Shown here one piece after another: positions 9,668 through 17,100 of a DNA stretch of 32,000 nucleotides (its first letter is position 1; each line of letters starts with the position of its first letter). The stretch is from Patescibacteria group bacterium (GTDB lineage: Bacteria > Patescibacteriota > Patescibacteriia > 2-01-FULL-39-33), in the NCBI GenBank assembly GCA_041649575.1, contig JBAZMW010000004.1, positions 90,001 to 122,000 on the forward strand, read 5' to 3'. Both the position numbers and the translations under genes were made by a program. The notes below the pieces were generated by a model. It made no database searches. It was not told the origin of the DNA and was given only the letters and a program-made list of their open reading frames with translations.

Positions 9668-9999
9668 GGCAGGGAGAGCTGATTAAAGAGGTTTTTAAGG
9701 CCGTCAATTTGTAGCAGCGGCTGTTGCCAGTCGATGGCGAGCAGCAGCTGAAAAGAAAAAATAATGAAGGCGGCCGATAAAATAATATATAAAATTATCA
9801 TCAAGACATTAACTAAACTCAAAAAACCAAATCTTATCAAATGGTAGATGTTAAACAGGCTATAAACAAGGAAAAACAGCAAAACCAAAAGGTAGAGATA
9901 ATAGAAAAAAGAAATGGTAATAACCATAGTGCGCTCTGATTTATAAAAATTTATTTTGCCAGTCGGCCGGTGGTTTAAATTCCAGATGCTTGTAAGCAA
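9664..9999 (-). CDS. Small membrane protein, unknown
   Basis: 111 aa hydrophobic ORF, stop overlapping the PH-protein start; N-terminus overlaps ruvB 3' end, so the real start may be an internal Met. Confidence 0.55.
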   Translation of the reverse strand: MLTSIWNLNHRPTGKINFYKSERTMVITISFFYYLYLLVLLFFLVYSLFNIYHLIRFGFLSLVNVLMIILYIILSAAFIIFSFQLLLAIDWQQPLLQIDGLKNLFNQLSLP

Positions 10000-10981
10000 G
10001 CTCGGTGGCTAATCGGCCGCGGGCAGTGCGATTAATGAAACCAAGCTGCAACAGAAAGGGCTCAATCACATCTTCAAGGGTGTCCATTTCTTCGGCCAGG
10101 GCCGAGGCCAGAGTGTTTAGGCCGACTGGGCCGCCGCCAAATTTTTCGATGATTAGCCGGCAATAGCGGCGGTCGATATCATCCAGACCATATTCGTCTA
10201 TTTCCAGCATTTTTAGAGCGGCTTGGGCGGTTTCTTTGTCTATGTCACCGTTTTTTTTGACTTGAGCAAAATCACGCACTCGTTTCAAGAGGCGGTTGGC
10301 CACACGCGGGGTTTGGCGGGATCGTTGAGAAATTTCCTCGGTGGCCGGCTGGTCGATTTCAATGCTTAAAATTTTGGCGGCGCGGTTGATGATCTGACCG
10401 ATTTCCCCGTGGCTGTAAAAATTTAGGCGATAAGTATTGCCAAAACGGTCGCGCAAAGGCGAGGAGAGGCCGCTTAATTTGGTGGTGGCGCCAACCAGAG
10501 TAAATTTTGGCAAGTTCAGCCGTAGTGTTCTGGCCGAAGGTCCTTTACCAATAATAATATCCAAAGCGAAATCTTCCATGGCTGGATAGAGGATCTCTTC
10601 CACGGTTTTGTTGAGGCGATGAATTTCGTCGATAAATAAAACGTCGCCCTCGGTTAAATTAGTCAAGATGGCCGCCAGATCGCCCGCTCGTTCGATGGCC
10701 GGGCCAGAAGTCACTTTAATATTGCCCGACATCTCATTAGCGATAATATGAGCCAGAGTGGTTTTGCCCAGTCCAGGCGGCCCGAAGATCAGGACATGTT
10801 CTAGGGGTTCGCCTCGGCTCTTGGCCGCTTCGATAAAGATTTTTAGATTTTCTTTGATGTTGCTCTGGCCGACGTATTCGTTTAATTTTTTGGGGCGCAG
10901 AGTATTATCCAGAATTTGATCACCTGGCCCTTCCTGGGTCGAAGTCAGGCGGTCGGCTTCTTGATTTTTGGGGTTGATCAT
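9941..10981 (-). CDS. ruvB: Holliday junction branch migration DNA helicase RuvB
   Basis: [57 protein letters not shown]...[27 protein letters not shown]...[10 protein letters not shown]. Confidence 0.98.
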   Translation of the reverse strand: MINPKNQEADRLTSTQEGPGDQILDNTLRPKKLNEYVGQSNIKENLKIFIEAAKSRGEPLEHVLIFGPPGLGKTTLAHIIANEMSGNIKVTSGPAIERAGDLAAILTNLTEGDVLFIDEIHRLNKTVEEILYPAMEDFALDIIIGKGPSARTLRLNLPKFTLVGATTKLSGLSSPLRDRFGNTYRLNFYSHGEIGQIINRAAKILSIEIDQPATEEISQRSRQTPRVANRLLKRVRDFAQVKKNGDIDKETAQAALKMLEIDEYGLDDIDRRYCRLIIEKFGGGPVGLNTLASALAEEMDTLEDVIEPFLLQLGFINRTARGRLATELAYKHLEFKPPADWQNKFL

Positions 10982-11088
10982 AATTTTATCTTAACATCAA
11001 GAAAGTTAAAAAGCAAAGGATTGAAATTCATCGAATTAGCGGTTATAATGGTATTTAGTCCCAGTCAATTACTTAATTGTTTTTAGTT

Positions 11089-12126
11089 ATGGCAAAGATA
11101 ATTTACGGCGTGGCCGGACAGGGCTTTGGCCATTCTACCAGAAGCAAAGAAATTCTAAGGCAGCTGGTCAGCCAGGGGCATCAGGTTTTGGTCTTTACTT
11201 ATGGCCAGGCGCTGTTTTTTTTAGACGAGGAATTTAAAGTTTTTGAAATACCGGGCTTGGGCTTGACTTACAAGGATAACAAGCTGGTTTATTGGCAGAC
11301 AATTTTTAGAAATACCAAACAGCTCCTCAAACAGTCGAGAAATTGGAAAAAGATTTTGAAATGTTTTCGTGATTTTAATCCCGACTTAATTTTTACCGAC
11401 TTCGAACCTTTAACCGCCATGCTGGCCAAATTGCAGCGGTTGCCGTTAATTTCTATTGACAATCAGCACCAAATGACCAATACCAGGATCGAAATTGGCG
11501 CTAAATATCGCCGGGATTTGTTGGCCGACAGATTAATTATTAAGTCGATGGTTTGGGGGGCTAAGAGTTATCTGGTGGCGACTTTCTTTGAGACGCCAAT
11601 AACCAAAAAAAATACTTTTTTGTTTCCGCCCATTTTGCGTCAGGAGATTTTGGATTTAAAACCGCAAAAACAAGACTACATTTTGGTTTATCAGACTTCC
11701 GACTTTGATTCTTTAATTAAAGAGTTGAAAAAAATCAAAGAGAAATTCGTGGTTTTTGGTTTTGATGTTGAAAAAGAAGACGGCAATCTGGAATTTAAAA
11801 AATACAGCCACAACGAGTGGTTTGATTACCTGGCTAACTGTAAGGCCATAATCGGCAATGCGGGCCTAAGCCTGATGACCGAGGCTTTATATTTACAGAA
11901 GCCCTATTTGGCCATACCGGTCAAAAAACAAATAGAACAAGTGATCAATGCTTATTATTTGGAGCAGCAGGGCTATGGTCGATTGGCGGAGACCTTTAAT
12001 AAAGAGCAATTTGAAAATTTTATAAGCAACTACCAAAAATTTGAAAATAATTTAAGGGCCTATGGCCACAAGGATAATCAGGCAATTTTTGGAAAAATAA
12101 ATGAATTAATCAAAGAATGGTCGTAA
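11089..12126 (+). CDS. Glycosyltransferase (MJ1255/VC2487-like, GT-B fold)
   Basis: MAKIIYGVAGQGFGHSTRSKEILRQLVSQGHQVLVFTYG...IIGNAGLSLMTEALYLQKPYLAIPVKKQIEQVINAYYLEQQGYG. The supplied ORF starts with TTG at 11077; the ATG at 11089 gives the family-like N-terminus. Confidence 0.82.
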   Translation: MAKIIYGVAGQGFGHSTRSKEILRQLVSQGHQVLVFTYGQALFFLDEEFKVFEIPGLGLTYKDNKLVYWQTIFRNTKQLLKQSRNWKKILKCFRDFNPDLIFTDFEPLTAMLAKLQRLPLISIDNQHQMTNTRIEIGAKYRRDLLADRLIIKSMVWGAKSYLVATFFETPITKKNTFLFPPILRQEILDLKPQKQDYILVYQTSDFDSLIKELKKIKEKFVVFGFDVEKEDGNLEFKKYSHNEWFDYLANCKAIIGNAGLSLMTEALYLQKPYLAIPVKKQIEQVINAYYLEQQGYGRLAETFNKEQFENFISNYQKFENNLRAYGHKDNQAIFGKINELIKEWS

Positions 12127-12187
12127 TACCAAAGTCTTTACGAAATCGAAAATATTTGCTATACTGTTTTAGTAATTTGGAGTGTTT

Positions 12188-12199
12188 GCGGCGGTAGTT
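12188..12199 (+). pseudogene. 5' fragment of tRNA-Gly(GCC)
   Basis: GCGGCGGTAGTT identical to the first 12 nt of the intact tRNA-Gly at 12299; after the insert, GTTGG resumes as in the intact D-arm. Confidence 0.7.
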
Positions 12200-12240
12200 T
12201 CCGCCTCGGCTCGCTAGGCTTCGCCAAGGCGAGACTGGCG
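12200..12240. repeat. 41-bp GC-rich insert in the tRNA-Gly fragment
   Basis: TCCGCCTCGGCTCGCTAGGCTTCGCCAAGGCGAGACTGGCG; shares TCCGCCTCGGCT and GGCGAGAC with the insert at 24473-24503. Confidence 0.8.
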
Positions 12241-12298
12241 GTTGGTCATAACCTTTGTTTGTTATAATTTTGGTAACGTAAAAAGTGTTTTACAATAT

Positions 12299-12372
12299 GC
12301 GGCGGTAGTTCAGTTGGCTAGAACGTCTCCTTGCCAAGGAGAAGGTCGCCGGTTCGAATCCGGTTCGCCGCT
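12299..12372 (+). tRNA. tRNA-Gly(GCC)
   Basis: GCGGCGG acceptor pairs with TCGCCGC; anticodon arm TCTCC-TTGCCAA-GGAGA; T-arm GCCGG-TTCGAAT-CCGGT. Confidence 0.93.
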
Positions 12373-12404
12373 CTGGGATAAAAGTAAAAAACAATTTAGT
12401 AATG

Positions 12405-12448
12405 ACGGCTATTCTCGCTTAGGCGACGGCAGAAGCGAGACCAGCCGT
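12405..12448. repeat. Strong hairpin downstream of tRNA-Gly
   Basis: ACGGCT-at-TCTCGCTT-aggcgacggcag-AAGCGAGA-cc-AGCCGT, 6 + 8 bp perfect pairing. Confidence 0.8.
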
Positions 12449-12511
12449 AATCGGCGCAGTCGAGCGCAGGCAAATGCGACCTGGGGAGCATTTGACTCTG
12501 CCGGGGAACGT

Positions 12512-12536
12512 CCGGTTCGAATCCGGTTCGCCGCTC
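12512..12536 (+). pseudogene. 3' fragment of tRNA-Gly (T-arm and acceptor)
   Basis: CCGGTTCGAATCCGGTTCGCCGCTC, 25 nt identical to the intact tRNA-Gly 3' end. Confidence 0.8.
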
Positions 12537-12749
12537 ATGGAGTTTCCACCGATACCCACAACTAAATATCTTTTACCAGACGAACAAGATAAAAGAATTT
12601 TTGACAAGTTGGGGAAATTGGTTCAATGCGAGCTAAGCCAGCAAGAAGAAGTGTTGGTTAAGCTTTTATATTCGCAGCTAGAGGATGACTGGAGATCGCC
12701 ATTAGAAAGTTTTGTGGATCAATTATTGGTAAACAAGAAAGTTATTTAG
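12537..12749 (+). CDS. Hypothetical protein, 70 aa
   Basis: MEFPPIPTTKYLLPDEQDKRIFDKLGKLVQCELSQQEEVLVKLLYSQLEDDW...; the ATG follows the tRNA-Gly 3' fragment immediately, no clear SD. Confidence 0.45.
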   Translation: MEFPPIPTTKYLLPDEQDKRIFDKLGKLVQCELSQQEEVLVKLLYSQLEDDWRSPLESFVDQLLVNKKVI

Positions 12750-12756
12750 GAAAAAG

Positions 12757-12841
12757 GCCCGGATGGTGAAATTGGTATACACGCAGCACTTAAAATGCTG
12801 TGGCGAAAGCCGTGCCGGTTCGACTCCGGCTCCGGGCACCA
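12757..12841 (+). tRNA. tRNA-Leu(TAA)
   Basis: GCCCGGATGGTGAAATTGGTATACACGCAGCACTTAAAATGCTG...GCCGGTTCGACTCCGGCTCCGGGCACCA; anticodon TAA; CCA encoded. Confidence 0.95.
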
Positions 12842-12920
12842 GAATTAAACTTGCGCTAAATTTTTAATGTGCTAAAATAAGAATAATGAGGAAAAAGCGA
12901 AAAACATTTTTATCAGCCAG

Positions 12921-12944
12921 CAGGCCTTGAGGGCCTGTTTTTTT
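12921..12944 (+). terminator. Intrinsic terminator
   Basis: CAGGCC-ttgag-GGCCTG followed by TTTTTTT, downstream of tRNA-Leu(TAA). Confidence 0.8.
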
Positions 12945-12973
12945 GTACCTTAAACCAGAGGAGGATTGTACTT

Positions 12974-13216
12974 ATGAGAGTGTCTCAAGGTAAGCGAGCC
13001 TTTCTTGTTGGCCGGCTGGTTGGCCAGGCAATCGGCGCGGTGGTGGAACTATTCTATCAAGAAAGAACGGCCTTAGGATTTGTGACCGGCCTGCTACAAG
13101 AAGTCGAAAGACTTCAGCAAAAGCGTCAGAAGAGCCACGCTCTAATGCTCAAAAGAGAAAGGATTAGACGCAAGCAAAAAACGCCAGGTAGCCGAAAAGA
13201 CCCCATGGGCTTATGA
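12974..13216 (+). CDS. Hypothetical small basic protein, 80 aa
   Basis: Strong upstream SD (GAGGAGG) before ATG; MRVSQGKRAFLVGRLVGQAIGAVVELFYQERTALGFVTGLL...; no family recognised. Confidence 0.5.
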   Translation: MRVSQGKRAFLVGRLVGQAIGAVVELFYQERTALGFVTGLLQEVERLQQKRQKSHALMLKRERIRRKQKTPGSRKDPMGL

Positions 13217-13325
13217 GACAAACAGCCCACCATTTTTGGCGGGCTTTCTGGTTATGATCTTGACTTTTAGCCGAAAATGAGCTATTATTTAGAAAGTAAA
13301 ATAATTAAATTTTAAGTTAAAACAC

Positions 13326-13691
13326 ATGTCCGAAGATAAAAAAAATAAGGAGGTTAAAAGCAATTGGCTGGAAACGATTTTGCCAAAAATCAGACCCGGT
13401 GTGACGATTAAAGTCCATCAAAAAATCAAAGAAAAGAATACCAAAGGCGAAGAAAAACAAAGAGTCCAAATTTTTGAAGGTATTGTCTTGGCTCGCCGTG
13501 GTGGCAGTCAAAAAAATGCCACCATCACCGTGCGTAAAGTGGCTGCTGGTGGAATTGGCGTAGAAAGAATTTTTCCCTTGTTTTCGCCCAATATCGCCAG
13601 AATAGAAGTAACCAAATCGGCCCAAGTCAATCGAGCCAAACTCTATTACTTAAGAAGTTACAAAAAGAAGCTCAAAGAAAAACAGGCATAG
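13326..13691 (+). CDS. rplS: 50S ribosomal protein L19
   Basis: RPGVTIKVHQKIKEKNTKGEEKQRVQIFEGIVLARRGGSQKNATITVRKVAAGGIGVERIFPLFSPNIARIEV...RAKLYYLR; the track places the ATG at 13326. Confidence 0.97.
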   Translation: MSEDKKNKEVKSNWLETILPKIRPGVTIKVHQKIKEKNTKGEEKQRVQIFEGIVLARRGGSQKNATITVRKVAAGGIGVERIFPLFSPNIARIEVTKSAQVNRAKLYYLRSYKKKLKEKQA

Positions 13692-13766
13692 ATATTCTTG
13701 GACGGCGGAGTATTGATCCAAAATTTTAGCCGGCTGATTTTTTATAAAATTGAACAACTTAGTCGC

Positions 13767-13851
13767 GCGGACGTGGCGGAATTTGGTATACGCGCAAGCT
13801 TGAGGTGCTTGTGGCCGCAAGGCCTTGGAGGTTCAAGTCCTCTCGTCCGCA
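13767..13851 (+). tRNA. tRNA-Leu(GAG)
   Basis: GCGGACGTGGCGGAATTTGGTATACGCGCAAGCTTGAGGTGCTTG...GGAGGTTCAAGTCCTCTCGTCCGCA; anticodon GAG. Confidence 0.93.
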
Positions 13852-13901
13852 TTGATTTTACGGAGTATGCTTGTTCCGGTCTTCTTTCATGCTTTCATAG
13901 A

Positions 13902-13937
13902 GGGCGGTTAGCTCAGTTGGTTAGAGCGCCTCGTTTA
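13902..13937 (+). pseudogene. 5' half of an interrupted tRNA-Val
   Basis: GGGCGGTTAGCTCAGTTGGTTAGAGCGCCTCGTTTA; 5' half matches a typical bacterial tRNA-Val up to the anticodon loop. Confidence 0.8.
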
Positions 13938-13954
13938 TTTACCCTGTTGAATAG

Positions 13955-14028
13955 GCACATTTAGCTCAGTTGGTTAGAGCGCCTCGTTTACACCGAGGAG
14001 GTCAGAGGTTCGAATCCTCTAATGTGCA
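13955..14028 (+). tRNA. tRNA-Val(TAC), nested
   Basis: GCACATT acceptor fully pairs with AATGTGC; CCTCG-TTTACAC-CGAGG anticodon arm; T-arm AGAGG-TTCGAAT-CCTCT; discriminator A. Confidence 0.9.
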
Positions 14029-14048
14029 AATAGTCCAACAGGGCGGGT

Positions 14049-14083
14049 CGAGGAGGTCAGAGGTTCGAATCCTCTACCACCCA
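14049..14083 (+). pseudogene. 3' half of an interrupted tRNA-Val
   Basis: CGAGGAGGTCAGAGGTTCGAATCCTCTACCACCCA pairs with GGGCGGT at 13902 (one C-A mismatch) and with anticodon-stem CCTCG. Confidence 0.8.
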
Positions 14084-14151
14084 ATAGTTAACAGGGCAGG
14101 TTGAGGGGTTGTGCGTATCAGTGTAAACTTTAAACAAGTAAAATAATAAAA

Positions 14152-14406
14152 ATGCTAGTGAGAATAATCGTTGGCATTATTGGAGCGGTAGTTGGATTTC
14201 TGATGGTTTTTCGGCCAAAATTTTTTTTGGACGCCATCGGCGAGCAGGCTTGGATGGAAAAAGTTTTTGGTTCGGGCGGTGGCATTTCCGGCTACAAGGT
14301 GATGGGAGTGGTGATTGTGATAATTTCTTTTTTGATCATGACTGGGTTAATTGAGGGGGTGCTAATGGCGATTTTTGGGCCGTTGATTTTTGCCGGTCGG
14401 AGTTAG
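14152..14406 (+). CDS. Small membrane protein, 84 aa
   Basis: Two hydrophobic segments: MLVRIIVGIIGAVVGFLMVFRPKFFLDAIGEQAWMEKVFGSGGGISGYKVMGVVIVIISFLIMTGLIEGVLMAIFGPLIF. Confidence 0.65.
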   Translation: MLVRIIVGIIGAVVGFLMVFRPKFFLDAIGEQAWMEKVFGSGGGISGYKVMGVVIVIISFLIMTGLIEGVLMAIFGPLIFAGRS

Positions 14407-14419
14407 GCGATTTTTAAAA

Positions 14420-14495
14420 GGGCTGTTAGCTCAGTTGGTAGAGCATCGCGTTTGCAACGCGGGGGTCGGGAGTTCGAATCTCCCACAGTCCACCA
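14420..14495 (+). tRNA. tRNA-Ala(TGC)
   Basis: GGGCTGTTAGCTCAGTTGGTAGAGCATCGCGTTTGCAACGCGGGGGTCGGGAGTTCGAATCTCCCACAGTCCACCA; anticodon TGC; CCA encoded. Confidence 0.95.
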
Positions 14496-14496
14496 T

Positions 14497-15339
14497 TTAA
14501 TCGACGGCAACATTTTTTGCCGTTTTTTTATTTTTTAAATAGTCTTCCTCTATTAATTCTTTAACAAAAGCATTAAGATCAATTTTGCGTCCAGCCAGTT
14601 TTAACGCCTCGAACATGTTAAAAAGTGCCTCATAAATATTCTCATTTCTGACAACCAATACTAAATTTTTCTCAAAGTTTATCATCATAACTGTCTTCTT
14701 AAAGATTATGATGTCCATATCAAAGTCGACAACAGCATTATTCACCACATAACAAACCACCATCCTGTCGGTATAAATTTCCAGCTGGTCGGCTGGAAGA
14801 TTTTCCAAATAACCTAGGGAATCCTCGCCAATAATGCCTTCAATAATAATTCTATATTTTTTAAATTCACTTTGAATAGAACTCAAATATGACTTTTCTA
14901 GATTGACTGAGGCGGCCACCGATCTATTGCCCTGAATCGCCAAAACTCGACTATTATAACCGGCTGTCAGGACTTTTTCATAAGCGGCCATAATGTTTTT
15001 TTTGCCTTTGATTACTTCTACCCCGATTTCCGACGGTAATTGTATTGTCTCCCGACCATCGTCCGAACCAAGATAAAGATACAAGCCCTTCATTAATTTT
15101 CTAATCTCTTCTTCTTCGCGCATCAGCCACTCATAGTGGCCTCGTACCCTAATCCTTTGCACCAAACCACGCTTTTGTAGTCTTTGCAATAAAAAATTAA
15201 CAGTAGTCCGTTTGACCAAAGATGTCTTTGCCAAATCAATCGGTCTTAGCGGTCCGCACTCTTTAAGCGCCTGGACTATCTCAAACTCTTTTTTATTAAG
15301 ACCCAATATTCTAAGGCCCGTTTTTGAAACACTTGTCAT
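14497..15339 (-). CDS. HTH transcriptional regulator (TrmB-like winged helix)
   Basis: 280 aa; NKKEFEIVQALKECGPLRPIDLAKTSLVKRTTVNFLLQRLQKRGLVQRI helix-turn-helix, followed by a TrmB-like effector region. Confidence 0.7.
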   Translation of the reverse strand: MTSVSKTGLRILGLNKKEFEIVQALKECGPLRPIDLAKTSLVKRTTVNFLLQRLQKRGLVQRIRVRGHYEWLMREEEEIRKLMKGLYLYLGSDDGRETIQLPSEIGVEVIKGKKNIMAAYEKVLTAGYNSRVLAIQGNRSVAASVNLEKSYLSSIQSEFKKYRIIIEGIIGEDSLGYLENLPADQLEIYTDRMVVCYVVNNAVVDFDMDIIIFKKTVMMINFEKNLVLVVRNENIYEALFNMFEALKLAGRKIDLNAFVKELIEEDYLKNKKTAKNVAVD

Positions 15340-15506
15340 TATTTAATTATAAATAATGACAAAATTATTGTCAAAATATTTATATAATATTATCTAAATT
15401 TAAACAAATAATCATCTCTAATCAAAAAACGTTGATTAACCGCCATTAAAAGATTATCCTAAAGAGTGGCTTAGCTGAAAAACCTAAACGAGAAAGGGAA
15501 ATCGCC

Positions 15507-15701
15507 ATGAGAGAGATAACCCCAGCCAAATCACGTTGTGTTCTCGGCGCCTGTCCCAGGGTATATGTTGATGACGAGGGAAGCGCCTTCGTTGTCGGCA
15601 CCGCCGTGGCCGCAGATCATCGGATGTCGAATTTACACCTGGGAGCCGGCGAAGCGATCGTCAGGCTGCCGGAGGAGATTCTGCGCAATCTGCAACCATA
15701 G
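15507..15701 (+). CDS. Small hypothetical protein, 64 aa
   Basis: MREITPAKSRCVLGACPRVYVDDEGSAFVVGTAVA...; purine-rich SD-like AGAAAGGG upstream; hairpin ACGGCCAA...TTGGCCGT shortly downstream. Confidence 0.6.
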   Translation: MREITPAKSRCVLGACPRVYVDDEGSAFVVGTAVAADHRMSNLHLGAGEAIVRLPEEILRNLQP

Positions 15702-15722
15702 GCAAGCAGCGACGCCAATTAT

Positions 15723-15750
15723 ACGGCCAAGTTCGAGAGAATTTGGCCGT
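15723..15750 (+). terminator. Hairpin downstream of the 64-aa ORF
   Basis: ACGGCCAA-gttcgagagaat-TTGGCCGT followed by a moderately T-rich tract. Confidence 0.5.
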
Positions 15751-15803
15751 TTACCTTTTCATCGATTTCCTATCGCTAATCAACTCTTGTTAACCACGGC
15801 AAT

Positions 15804-16400
15804 ATGGCTAAAACTTTTCTCAAAAAATTGGTACGACGTTGCCTCCGACAGGAACTTCAAAAAGTGATCAAACAAACAGACTGTGATTTAATTGTGGACA
15901 TTGGTTGCGGCAATGGCGAAATTTGGTCTGGATTGTTAGATAAACGGATTATTAAAATATTCGGGGTCGACGATTCTGCAAGAATCACTAGCCTAACCAA
16001 TGGAACCAATGTCTACGATCATCTGTTTATGGCTGACGCCAGCCAGCTGCCATTTCCTAACAACCATTTTGATATTTCGGTTATAAGCTTATTACTACAC
16101 GCTGTAGACAGGACCAAGAGAGGCTTGATTCTAAAAGAAGCCAGGAGGGTTACCAGGCCTGGCGGTTTTATATTTATTTTTGATTTCGCCTTTCCTGCTA
16201 CTCAAAATTTGATCGGTAAATTGTTTAAGTGTTTTTTTGAATGCGAAGAGCGGCTAATCGGAGAAGTCAATCCGAATCATTATCAAAATTATCTGGATTT
16301 TTTGAGAGATGACGGACTAGCCAAATTTTTAAAAAGTAAAAATTATTATAAAAAGAGTTGTTTTTTTAAAAATTTTGATGTTATAATAATTCAAGTCTAA
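15804..16400 (+). CDS. Class I SAM-dependent methyltransferase
   Basis: LIVDIGCGNGEIWSGLL...MADASQLPFPNNHFDISVISLLLHAV...EARRVTRPGG; canonical motifs. Confidence 0.88.
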   Translation: MAKTFLKKLVRRCLRQELQKVIKQTDCDLIVDIGCGNGEIWSGLLDKRIIKIFGVDDSARITSLTNGTNVYDHLFMADASQLPFPNNHFDISVISLLLHAVDRTKRGLILKEARRVTRPGGFIFIFDFAFPATQNLIGKLFKCFFECEERLIGEVNPNHYQNYLDFLRDDGLAKFLKSKNYYKKSCFFKNFDVIIIQV

Positions 16401-16443
16401 ACCAAAAATTAAAACGCTTTTCATAAGAATAATTAAACTCAAC

Positions 16444-16824
16444 ATGTCCCAAAAAAACAAAGAATTGTGTCATGACTGTGACCATTGCTGCAATTATGCG
16501 GCGGTAGAAATCGATAAGCCCACAACCAAGCGCGATTACCAGAATGTCATTTGGCTACTGCACCATAAAAATGTCCGTGTCTACATCGATGAAGAACGAG
16601 CCTGGATCTTGGAGTTTGTGACGCCATGTGAATTTATAAATAAAGACAAATTATGTTCGATTTACGAGAAGCGTCCGCTAATGTGTCGGGAATACCTGCA
16701 GGAAGACTGCGTCCGTTATAGCAAAAATAGCCCAGAAAAGCATGCCTTTGAAAAGGCAGCCGATTTAATCAGGTATTTGGAGAAAAAAGGAATTGACTAC
16801 CAATTCAGAAAAAGTAAAAAATAG
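16444..16824 (+). CDS. YkgJ-family cysteine cluster protein
   Basis: CHDCDHCCNYAAVEIDKP...CEFINKDKLCSIYEKRPLMCREY; CxxCxxCC...C...C...RP..C pattern. Confidence 0.88.
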   Translation: MSQKNKELCHDCDHCCNYAAVEIDKPTTKRDYQNVIWLLHHKNVRVYIDEERAWILEFVTPCEFINKDKLCSIYEKRPLMCREYLQEDCVRYSKNSPEKHAFEKAADLIRYLEKKGIDYQFRKSKK

Positions 16825-16947
16825 TTTGACCTGTGGAAAACTATTGTTGACACGTTTTTTTTGTGGTATAATGAATTTAATTGAAATAACTTTTTTAATT
16901 TTATTTCAAGATGAAAAATCTATTTAATGGAAGGGGGTGATTCTCAA

Positions 16948-16998
16948 ATGGCAAAAAAGAAGGCAAAAAAGAAAGTTGCAAAAAAGAAAAAGAGATAA
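16948..16998 (+). CDS. 16-aa lysine-rich micropeptide (MAKKKAKKKVAKKKKR)
   Basis: Strong SD AAGGGGGTGA 7-8 nt before the ATG; extended -10 TGGTATAAT at 16864-16872; clean stop followed by a terminator-like hairpin. Confidence 0.5.
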   Translation: MAKKKAKKKVAKKKKR

Positions 16999-17011
16999 AA
17001 GTTTTCTCAAG

Positions 17012-17100
17012 CGCAAAATCCCCGTCTGCCCGTTTTGGTTCTTAAGGTCAGTTGAAGCGAGGCGAGCAGAGGGGATTTTGTGTTTTTGTTTTTATTTTTT
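17012..17100. terminator. Long-stem hairpin plus T-rich tract
   Basis: CAAAATCCCC at 17014-17023 pairs with GGGGATTTTG at 17071-17080, inner CTGC/GCAG, followed by TGTTTTTGTTTTTATTTTTT. Confidence 0.65.

Noticed and set aside
12474-12536. N-terminal extension of the 12474-12749 ORF
   Set aside because: The first 21 codons translate the hairpin and tRNA-Gly fragment; the ATG at 12537 is the more plausible start.
12405-12536. A complete second tRNA-Gly ending at 12536
   Set aside because: T-arm and acceptor 3' strand are present, but no matching GCGGCG 5' strand, D-arm or anticodon arm could be found; upstream sequence folds into unrelated hairpins.
12242-12607. ORFs 12242-12565 (+) and 12419-12607 (-)
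   Set aside because: Overlap the intact tRNA-Gly, its 3' fragment and the hairpins; peptide content reflects tRNA sequence (e.g. PCQGEGRRFESGSP).
13698-13964. 88-aa + strand ORF
   Set aside because: Translates through tRNA-Leu(GAG) and the tRNA-Val halves.
13938-14048. Group I intron in tRNA-Val
   Set aside because: Only 111 bp, mostly occupied by a complete tRNA, with no room for a catalytic group I core.
16848-16872. TTGACA at 16848 as a -35 element paired with the TATAAT at 16867
   Set aside because: The spacer is only 13 nt; the extended -10 (TGGTATAAT) is a better explanation.
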